Below, one piece after another: positions 1 to 7,549 of a stretch of DNA of 64,000 bases. The position numbers were made by a program, and so were the translations under genes. Below the pieces are notes generated by a model. That model had not been told where the DNA came from and searched no databases. It worked only from the letters and a program-made list of their open reading frames with translations. Location: positions 1 to 64,000 of the forward strand of contig JBNKTL010000016.1 in NCBI GenBank assembly GCA_050298055.1, in the 5' to 3' direction. The stretch comes from Spirochaetota bacterium. Its GTDB lineage: Bacteria; Spirochaetota; UBA4802; UBA5550. Positions within the stretch are counted from its first letter, which is position 1, and every line of letters starts with the position of its first letter.

Positions 1-72
1 CCTTATAATTTATTAGTAATGATATACCAAATCATCATAATTCCCCTTAACTGTCAATTAATCGACAGACAA

Positions 73-140
73 CCCCGGAGGGGGCGCAAGATATTTTCTC
101 AACACTCTCTTATGCCCCTTTGGGGGTTAGGGGGTCTTTC
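73..140. repeat. GC-rich palindromic repeat, family B copy 1
   Basis: CCCCGGAGGGGGC...GCCCCTTTGGGGGTTAGGGGGTCTTTC; closely similar to 4911-4988 including the loop; abuts the FKBP stop codon. Confidence 0.85.
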
Positions 141-143
141 AAA

Positions 144-1076
144 CTATTTCACAATTCCCAGAAGCTCAAGTTCAAAAATCAGCACAGAATTGGGAGGAAT
201 TCCGGGATTACCACTGGTCCCATACGCAAGTTCACTGGGGATGGTAAGCTTGTATTTAGATCCCACATTCATTAACTGAAGTGCTTCTGTCCAGCCGGGT
301 ATGAGCCTGTTAACGGCAAAAACGGCCGGTTTGTTCCTCTTATATGAGCTGTCAAATTCGGATCCATTAATCAGAGTTCCCCTGTAGTTCACTTTTACTC
401 TGTCAGTAACCTTTGGCCGGGAACCGGCACCCTTCTTGAGTACTTCATACTGGAGTCCCGATGCCGTGACCACAACCCCGTTTTTCTTCCTGTTCTTTAC
501 AAGGTACTCTTCACCCTCTTTTTTAATTTTTTCAGTAACCTGAGGGTTCTGATTTCTTTTCTGAATATTTTGGGCCATCTCCTTCATGGCATTCCGCATT
601 TCTTCAAGAGTTAAGCTGCTCTTGTCCCCTTTCACACTCTCTTCCATTGCAAGAGAGAAAGCCATAACATCGATATCTATTCCCTGTCTCAGTACATTTT
701 TAATTATCTGGTTTCCGATGGCATAGCTGCATCTTTCCCTGTCTTTCTTAAAGTACTCATCGAACTCTTCTTTAATTTGTTTGGCACCTTGAGGATTCTC
801 AATCCTTCTCCGAATAATGAGATTTATCTCGTTGGATACCTTTTCCAGTTCTTTAGGATCATACTTGCCCTTATTTCCATTGATAACGTCTCCTGCGGCA
901 AGGTTAAAAGATTTTACATCGATATCTATTCCCTGTTTCTTCATGTTATTGCCGATCTGGTGACCGATGGCATAGCTGTATTTTTCCCTGGTGGTATCGA
1001 GCTTTTGCTTACCGCAGGCAGAAATGGTCAGGATAACCGGAACAGCAATAAATAATAACAACTTTTTCTTATGCAT
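144..1076 (-). CDS. FKBP-type peptidyl-prolyl cis-trans isomerase lipoprotein (FkpA/Mip-like) with duplicated N-terminal domain
   Basis: C-terminal FKBP motifs (TASGLQY, VNYRGTLING.EFDSS, IPGW.EAL, IPPNS.LIFELELL); two SYAIG.QI...QGIDIDV repeats; lipobox LTISAC. Start taken as MHKKK at 1076; the ORF track extends to 1100 into a repeat remnant. Confidence 0.9.
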   Translation of the reverse strand: MHKKKLLLFIAVPVILTISACGKQKLDTTREKYSYAIGHQIGNNMKKQGIDIDVKSFNLAAGDVINGNKGKYDPKELEKVSNEINLIIRRRIENPQGAKQIKEEFDEYFKKDRERCSYAIGNQIIKNVLRQGIDIDVMAFSLAMEESVKGDKSSLTLEEMRNAMKEMAQNIQKRNQNPQVTEKIKKEGEEYLVKNRKKNGVVVTASGLQYEVLKKGAGSRPKVTDRVKVNYRGTLINGSEFDSSYKRNKPAVFAVNRLIPGWTEALQLMNVGSKYKLTIPSELAYGTSGNPGIPPNSVLIFELELLGIVK

Positions 1077-1090
1077 AAAATTTTTCCTGT

Positions 1091-1144
1091 TATTGTTCAT
1101 ATTTTAGTAAATATGTATATTTCTTCATATGTATGAGTAGTTAC
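1091..1144. repeat. Half copy of palindromic element family A
   Basis: TATTGTTCATATTTTAGTAAATATGTATATT...GAGTAGTTAC aligns with the right half of the copy at 60353-60486. Confidence 0.6.
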
Positions 1145-1295
1145 AAATTATTAAATATTTATAACAACTCACTATTTTTATTCTCAGAAATATAGTCAAG
1201 AAAATATCATGGCCTCTTTTTTTTTATTGTAAAAAATCCATATCAATTTTTCCTTTGATCAAGACAGTAATTTCTTATACACGGGAAAGAGGCTT

Positions 1296-3215
1296 ATGTC
1301 AGGTTCCGGACCAGAGAATATACATGTAACGAGTAACAGCTTTACCAGGACTGTGCATAACCAGGAACCTGATTATGCGCGGGAGAGGCTTGTGTTGCCG
1401 GAACATGCCCGGAAGAAACTCCTTGAGAGGATGACTTTTATCTACGGTGAAGATGTCGCGGAAGCATATATGCCGGAGCTTGAAAGGATATTAAAGATCT
1501 ACTATGCTCATAAACCCCCGGAGCTTATCCATAAAGAGAAAAAAATTATCCCTGAAGAACGTTTTTCTGAAAAGGACATTATACTGATTACCTACGGAGA
1601 CCTGCTCAAAGACGATGACTATTCTCCCCTGACCACCCTGAGCAGATTCTGTGATACATATCTTGAAGGGACCATTAACACCCTTCACATACTCCCTTTC
1701 TTTCCCTATTCTTCTGACAGGGGATTTTCCATTATCGATTTTGAAACGGTAGACCCCAACCTGGGCAGCTGGCAGGATATTGAAGATCTCGAAGGGCGGT
1801 ACCAGCTGATGTTCGACGGCGTCTTCAACCATATCTCCTCCAAGAGCAGGTGGTTCCAGGAATTTCTTAACGGAAGTCCGTATTATAAGGATTTTTTTAT
1901 ATCATTTGATTCCCCCGACCAGCTTTCCCCTGAAGACAGGAGCATGATTTTCAGACCGCGGACATCGGACATACTGAACATGTTCCATACTATTGACGGT
2001 CCCCGTTATGTGTGGTCAACCTTTTCCCGGGACCAGGTTGACCTCAATTTCAAGAACCCCAATGTTCTCATAAGGGTTCTCGATATCCTCCTTACCTATG
2101 TGAGACACGGGGCCGATATTATCAGGCTGGACGCCGTTACCTTTCTCTGGGCCGAACCGGGAACCAACTGTGCCCATCTCAGGCAGACCCATGAGATTGT
2201 GAAACTTTTCCGGGACATTCTGAATACTGTGGCCCCGGGTGTTGCCCTCATAACCGAGACCAATGTTCCCCACGAAGAGAATATTTCATATTTCGGGAAC
2301 GGTTGCGATGAAGCACAGATGGTCTATAACTTTGCCCTGCCCCCGCTTGTTCTTCACACATTTTATACGGGCAACGCCACTGCCCTTTCAAAATGGGCAG
2401 CCGAACTGAAAACAGAATCAAACGAGACAACCTTTTTTAACTTTCTCGATTCCCACGACGGGATCGGTCTTATGGCCGTGAAGAATATCCTTTCCCCGGA
2501 AGAAATTGAATTTATCATTCAAAAAGCGGAAGAACACGGGGGATTGATCTCAAACAGGACAGTGGCTGACGGGACAGAGGAGCCCTATGAGATCAATGTC
2601 ACCTGGTTCAGTGCACTGAATAGAGAAGAGAGTGATGAAGATATTGCATTCCAGGTGAAGAGATTCGTGGCATCACGGATCGTTGCCCTGGTCATACCGG
2701 GTGTCCCCGGAATCTATCTCCACAGCCTCATCGGAACCATGAATGATATTGAAGCTGTTACGAAGTCCAGCACCAAAAGGGACATCAACCGTACCGTTAT
2801 TTCCTACCACAGCATAATGGAAACCCTTGATGACCCCCTCTCAAAAATATCCAGGATAAGCAGGGAGCTCGGCAGGCTCCTCAAAATAAGGACGGAAAAG
2901 AGGGCCTTTCATCCCAACGGGGAACAGACTGTCCTCAACCTCTCGCCCCATGTATTCGCTGTCATGAGGATATCTCCTGAAAAAGACCAGCATATCATGG
3001 CATTGATAAATGTTACCGGGCAGGCCTGTCATCTGGATATCCCCCTGGAAGTGCTTTCAATTCCCGGCATATGCGGTAAAGATGCTGCCTGGTACGACCT
3101 GGTGAGCGGAATGAAGTGGGTCGCTGATGACAGCACTCTTCTAATCACACTGCAACCCTATGATGTTGCATGGCTTGAATTAAAACACGAGACAGCAGGG
3201 GACTCTATTTCATAG
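1296..3215 (+). CDS. GH13_18 sugar phosphorylase (sucrose phosphorylase family, probably glucosylglycerate phosphorylase)
   Basis: HILPFFPYSSDRGF, RLDAV nucleophile region, ITETNVPH, SHDGIG, PYEINVTW. Confidence 0.85.
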   Translation: MSGSGPENIHVTSNSFTRTVHNQEPDYARERLVLPEHARKKLLERMTFIYGEDVAEAYMPELERILKIYYAHKPPELIHKEKKIIPEERFSEKDIILITYGDLLKDDDYSPLTTLSRFCDTYLEGTINTLHILPFFPYSSDRGFSIIDFETVDPNLGSWQDIEDLEGRYQLMFDGVFNHISSKSRWFQEFLNGSPYYKDFFISFDSPDQLSPEDRSMIFRPRTSDILNMFHTIDGPRYVWSTFSRDQVDLNFKNPNVLIRVLDILLTYVRHGADIIRLDAVTFLWAEPGTNCAHLRQTHEIVKLFRDILNTVAPGVALITETNVPHEENISYFGNGCDEAQMVYNFALPPLVLHTFYTGNATALSKWAAELKTESNETTFFNFLDSHDGIGLMAVKNILSPEEIEFIIQKAEEHGGLISNRTVADGTEEPYEINVTWFSALNREESDEDIAFQVKRFVASRIVALVIPGVPGIYLHSLIGTMNDIEAVTKSSTKRDINRTVISYHSIMETLDDPLSKISRISRELGRLLKIRTEKRAFHPNGEQTVLNLSPHVFAVMRISPEKDQHIMALINVTGQACHLDIPLEVLSIPGICGKDAAWYDLVSGMKWVADDSTLLITLQPYDVAWLELKHETAGDSIS

Positions 3216-4074
3216 ACCAGAAGAGGTCATCAATACTCTTTTTTATCCCCGCAAGACGCTTTTTCATCCCGCTATAGTCTTCATGATCCATACCGAGGGT
3301 CTCGAGGTCTTCCCGGTGCAGCGGATTTGGTGACGGGTTTCCCTCTGCGCCAATATTCATGCCCTGTGCGAGAATATTTGAGATCCTGAGAAGAGAGACA
3401 TCAATTGCAGATGTATCATGGGGCAGTTCTCTTAAATGATGGTACTTTATAGGGTTCATGATACCGGGCGGGAAGTTCCACCTCTCAAGAAGTATTCCGG
3501 CAAGTTCACAGTGGTCAATTCCAATAACTTCCAGTTCGGCGTCATGAAGTTTGACTTTATCATTTTCATTTGCAAATTTTATTGCCTTCTGAAAATCATC
3601 ATGGAAAAACTGGTCGAATACAAGTTTTCCAATATCGTGGAGCAGGCCGATAATAAAAAGCGACTTGTTGATATTTTTCCCCGCATGTTTTTTTGCAAGC
3701 TCGTTCATAATTGCAGCAACGGTAAGGCTGTGAAGCCAGAGACCGTCATGGGAGAAGTACTCAGTGTCCTTCCCTTCCGGGAAACTCCTGATGACCCCGA
3801 TGGAGAGAGCCAGGGATTTTACCATGTTGAATCCGAGAAGCGCTACGGCATGTTCAAGCTCCGTTATTTTCTGGGAGAACCCGTAATAGGCGGAGTTTGC
3901 CACTTTTAATATCTTAGCAGTAAGTGCAGGGTCATGTGATATGATCTCAGTTACACCGGAAGCGTCACTCTTTTCATCTTCAATAAGATTTATCAGCTTC
4001 GGCACAACCACGGGAAGAGTGGGAAGTTCTTCTATCCGGGAATAGACCTGTTGTATCAGTTTTTCTTTTTCCAT
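3205..4074 (-). CDS. HDOD domain-containing protein
   Basis: LPTLP, DPALTAKILKVANSAYYG, ALLGF, GLLHDIGK, ERWNFP. Confidence 0.9.
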   Translation of the reverse strand: MEKEKLIQQVYSRIEELPTLPVVVPKLINLIEDEKSDASGVTEIISHDPALTAKILKVANSAYYGFSQKITELEHAVALLGFNMVKSLALSIGVIRSFPEGKDTEYFSHDGLWLHSLTVAAIMNELAKKHAGKNINKSLFIIGLLHDIGKLVFDQFFHDDFQKAIKFANENDKVKLHDAELEVIGIDHCELAGILLERWNFPPGIMNPIKYHHLRELPHDTSAIDVSLLRISNILAQGMNIGAEGNPSPNPLHREDLETLGMDHEDYSGMKKRLAGIKKSIDDLFWSMK

Positions 4075-4089
4075 ATCCGGATCGCCCTA

Positions 4090-4803
4090 TTAATAGTTAT
4101 TATTCTCATTTTTATTTTTTTTACCAACATTTTTATTAATTTCAACCAGGGGAATCAGCGCAAGAGCAATAAGGAGTCCTGAGAAAAATCCGGCTGCATG
4201 TGCAATATAGCTGACCTGTACCTGGAATGTTGTAGGAAAGAGCAGAGCAAGTGAAAATCCTGCGGCCCTGAATACTCTCTTCCCCGGGCTGTGGTCCGTT
4301 TCATACCTGATATAAAAAACAAGCCAGAGAGCTGCCATCCCGTAGACCATCCCGGAAGCGCCTACCAGCTTCATATCCGGCATATAAAATATCAGTGAGA
4401 TCCCGATACTTAATATTCCTGTCACCAGGGCCGCAAGAGGAAATAACTTCAATCCGAAAAACGCCCGTAAAAACCAGCCGAAAACCAGGAGGAGCGGTGT
4501 ATTTGAGAGGAGATGGTGCATATCCGCATGCAGAAAAATCGTGGTAACAAGTCTCCAGTATTGATGCTCAACAAAGACTGTTCTTCCGCTTGCCCAGAGC
4601 ATCTCCCTGAGACTCCTGTCAGGAAAGAAAATTGTTGCGACAAAGCAGGCCAGAAAAAAAGCAAGAGCGGGAAGCGCATATCTGTACGAGGGAAAGACCG
4701 ATAAAGGTCCGCTTATTTTTTCCCGTTCCTCTTCTTCATAGTAACCGTCATCCTCAATATCTGTGCCGGGAATCTCCCTTTCTTTTTCATCATTAGCCGT
4801 CAT
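4090..4803 (-). CDS. Rhomboid family intramembrane serine protease
   Basis: YWRL, H...HLLSN, GASG catalytic Ser, AHAAG catalytic His, multiple TM segments. Confidence 0.9.
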   Translation of the reverse strand: MTANDEKEREIPGTDIEDDGYYEEEEREKISGPLSVFPSYRYALPALAFFLACFVATIFFPDRSLREMLWASGRTVFVEHQYWRLVTTIFLHADMHHLLSNTPLLLVFGWFLRAFFGLKLFPLAALVTGILSIGISLIFYMPDMKLVGASGMVYGMAALWLVFYIRYETDHSPGKRVFRAAGFSLALLFPTTFQVQVSYIAHAAGFFSGLLIALALIPLVEINKNVGKKNKNENNNY

Positions 4804-4910
4804 GGTTAGGAAAAAGCATTACAGATAAGAATATAAGTCAATAATAAATATTCAGTAAAACGGGAAATATTTTAAACTGCCGGGATGAAAAGTTTCTAAA
4901 ATATTTCAAC

Positions 4911-4988
4911 AGCCCCCCAATCCCCAGAGGGGGCGTATGATTTTTCCAATACTCTCTTGTGCCCCCTCTGGGGGTTAGGGGGTCTTTC
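4911..4988. repeat. GC-rich palindromic repeat, family B copy 2
   Basis: AGCCCCCCAATCCCCAGAGGGGGC pairs with GCCCCCTCTGGGGGTTAGGGGGTCT; similar to 73-140. Confidence 0.85.
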
Positions 4989-5079
4989 TTGTCGAACTGA
5001 AATTATTTTCATTAAACAACTTCAATTAAATTACTTGATTGACCGAAATTATCCTGTATATTAAATAATTCCAGATATT

Positions 5080-6249
5080 ATGGAAAATTCGGATAACTCT
5101 ATGAAATACCAGCTTATTCTCTTTTCGCTGCTTCTTGCTCTCTCGTCCTGTACGGGGAATATTAAATCAGGTGCCCGGGACAGGGCCGTGAGAGATGCTG
5201 CGGAAAATCTCTCTGCAATTGATAAAAAATCCGGCATACAAAAGGTTGCGCTGCTTGGATTTGATACTACCGGGGACTCCCGGAAGGATTACGGAAACTA
5301 TATCTCAGAAAAACTTACCCACGAACTTGTCAACACAGGGAGATATTCCGTGGTTGAGAGGAGAAAGATTGACAAAATACTTAAGGAGCAGAATCTCTGG
5401 CAGTCGGGGATAATAAACTATGATTCCGCACTTCGGATTGGCAGAATACTCGCTGTTGACGCTATCATTCTGGGTACTCTTCGTGTTAATGGCCCGAGTG
5501 TAGAACTTTTCGCTAAACTTATAAACAGCCAATCGGGTCTTATTGTAAAATCAGTATCGGTCAGTTTCCGTGATAGAAATGTGTTATCACCCGGGTATTC
5601 CCCTGTTCAAATAAGTGAAGCCGGATCAGGAGGGAGTGAAAAGATCACTCTGCCCCCCGAGGAGAAACCCTCCGCCGAGCTGCTGTATACGGGGCTTTTC
5701 AGAAGCGGAAAATCGATGATAGCTATGGGTGAAATAAGAAATACCGGCAAGATTGATATTTCGAAGGCACGAATCAGTTTTAAACTCCTTGACAGCGGCG
5801 GGAACCTCATTACCGTCCTCAACGCATACACAGACAGGTGTATAAAACCGGGAGAGACCCTCCCCTTCTCCGGCTTTATGAACAACGCGCCTGCATCATA
5901 CAGCAGATACAGCATTGTCTTTGAGCCTGAACCTGAAAAGTTTTTCACATATTATACAAAACTTAAAAGCACCCAGGAGAGGTTTAGCAGGGAGAGATTC
6001 TCCGGTTACAGGCTTACAGGCATTATTACCAACCTGAACGGCATAAATGTACAATTTCCTCATATCATTGTCTCACTCTACAATAAAAAGGGTGAATTTA
6101 TCGGCAAGGCAGGAGGATATGCTACTTTAAGAAGATTGAAACACAGGGAGAGTTCTCCCTATTCCGTTCACATATATGGTCTCTTTCTTAAATCGAAGCC
6201 TGTAAGTTACAGGTTGAACTTCTCATCACTGAAAGATATAAAACAATGA
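5080..6249 (+). CDS. Lipoprotein with CsgG/FlgO-like N-terminal domain and two FxLYD-like beta domains
   Basis: Lipobox LSSC; VVERRKIDKILKEQ and IGRILAVDAII (CsgG-like); GEIRNTG...FKLLDSGG...IKPGE and VSLYNKKG (FxLYD-like). Confidence 0.7.
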   Translation: MENSDNSMKYQLILFSLLLALSSCTGNIKSGARDRAVRDAAENLSAIDKKSGIQKVALLGFDTTGDSRKDYGNYISEKLTHELVNTGRYSVVERRKIDKILKEQNLWQSGIINYDSALRIGRILAVDAIILGTLRVNGPSVELFAKLINSQSGLIVKSVSVSFRDRNVLSPGYSPVQISEAGSGGSEKITLPPEEKPSAELLYTGLFRSGKSMIAMGEIRNTGKIDISKARISFKLLDSGGNLITVLNAYTDRCIKPGETLPFSGFMNNAPASYSRYSIVFEPEPEKFFTYYTKLKSTQERFSRERFSGYRLTGIITNLNGINVQFPHIIVSLYNKKGEFIGKAGGYATLRRLKHRESSPYSVHIYGLFLKSKPVSYRLNFSSLKDIKQ

Positions 6250-6258
6250 ATTATTTTC

Positions 6259-6287
6259 TTGACGTTCCTTAAAAATTTTCGCATAAT
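6259..6287 (+). promoter_or_regulatory. Putative sigma70 promoter for the M23 gene
   Basis: TTGACG-17 nt-CATAAT. Confidence 0.5.
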
Positions 6288-6297
6288 ATTTTAAATA

Positions 6298-6432
6298 GTA
6301 ATTACTCAGCCCTATGCTGAAGTTGACCTGTTTACTGAAATATAAACAACATGTCCCCGCCATAGGCTGCGGGGACATATTTGTTTCTTTTTTAATAGAG
6401 AGGACGATTTTTATACATAGCTGAGTGGTAAC
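6298..6432. repeat. Palindromic element family A (MITE/REP-like)
   Basis: Ends GTAATTACTCAGC / GCTGAGTGGTAAC; central ATGTCCCCGC...GCGGGGACAT hairpin. Confidence 0.9.
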
Positions 6433-6464
6433 TTTAAATATTAGCAAGACAGGCGGTAATATAA

Positions 6465-7433
6465 ATGAAAAGAAAAACAATAATCTTTATGCTGATTTTC
6501 GCTCTCGTCCCTGCCATAGGCTCCCAGGGAAAGTCGGTTACAGATGAAAGTGAAAAATTCAAAAAGATGGTGGAAGATCAGCATAAGGGTGATCTGGAGA
6601 GAAAGGAAGCTATCCTGAGAAAGATAAGGTTGTTTATGGGTGAGATAAACGGGAACCTCAAACGGGGCAGCAAGACAAAACTTGATACTCCCATGGAGAT
6701 AAACGATATCACCGACATCAATGAAAAGAGGCATAAGGATTACTTCCAGGAAGATGTCGTAAAAAAAATCTACGGCTATGTTAATGGTGACAATGTAAAC
6801 ATGAGGGCATCCAGTTCAATTAATGAAGCCGTTGTGGGAAAAGGAGAGTTTGCCGAAAAGGTTGAGATAGTTGTCCAGTCAAAGGAGATGGATACAATCG
6901 GCAGTATGACAAGCAGGTGGGTACTGGTGAGGAAAGCCAACGGCAACGAAGGCTGGATCTTCGGCGTCTATATATCAGACAAAAAACCTGAGAGAAAACC
7001 GGACAAGGAAGAGATGCAGAAGGAGTCTACTGCATCATCTACCAAGGGTTTCACTGTCCCCACGGAAGGGAGGAGAAGCAGCAATTACGGATACAGAATA
7101 GACCCTGTGACAAAAAGGAAGAGGTCTTTTCACCGCGGGATAGACTTCGCCGCACCTACGGGAACACCCATCAAGGCAGCAGCAGCAGGTATCGTTCACA
7201 GGTCAGAATATAACAGGAACGGTTACGGACACCTTGTGGTTATCAAACATGAGAATGACCTTGCAACCTATTATGCCCATCAGTCCAAAAGACTTGTAAG
7301 CAAAGGGCAGAGGGTCAGCAAGGGACAGATCATCGGGAAAGTCGGTTCAACCGGACGGTCAACCGGACCGCATCTTCACTTTGAGGTCAGGAGAGGAACC
7401 ACAGCTCTTAATCCCAACCAGTTTATCAGGTAA
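6465..7433 (+). CDS. M23 family metallopeptidase with SH3-like domain
   Basis: Signal peptide; NVNMR...GWIFG SH3b-like segment; HRGIDF, YAH, STGPHLHFE. Confidence 0.92.
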   Translation: MKRKTIIFMLIFALVPAIGSQGKSVTDESEKFKKMVEDQHKGDLERKEAILRKIRLFMGEINGNLKRGSKTKLDTPMEINDITDINEKRHKDYFQEDVVKKIYGYVNGDNVNMRASSSINEAVVGKGEFAEKVEIVVQSKEMDTIGSMTSRWVLVRKANGNEGWIFGVYISDKKPERKPDKEEMQKESTASSTKGFTVPTEGRRSSNYGYRIDPVTKRKRSFHRGIDFAAPTGTPIKAAAAGIVHRSEYNRNGYGHLVVIKHENDLATYYAHQSKRLVSKGQRVSKGQIIGKVGSTGRSTGPHLHFEVRRGTTALNPNQFIR

Positions 7434-7499
7434 AATATTTATGTGCTTTTCAGCACTTATTCCACTCTATTAAAAGAATAACAAGTTTCTCAATACTAA

Positions 7500-7533
7500 G
7501 AAAGTCATTCCCGCTTTCGCGGGAATGACTTTC
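7500..7533. terminator. Perfect 15-bp hairpin between convergent genes (likely bidirectional terminator, REP-like)
   Basis: GAAAGTCATTCCCGC-TTTC-GCGGGAATGACTTTC. Confidence 0.7.
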
Positions 7534-7549
7534 ATTATAGTTACCTTTT

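Noticed and set aside
4901..4916. ATATTTCAACAGCCCC resembling the reverse of GGGGCTGTTTAAAATAT at 51524-51540 (IS-end-like)
   Set aside because: Too short and AT-rich, with no paired end or transposase; could be chance
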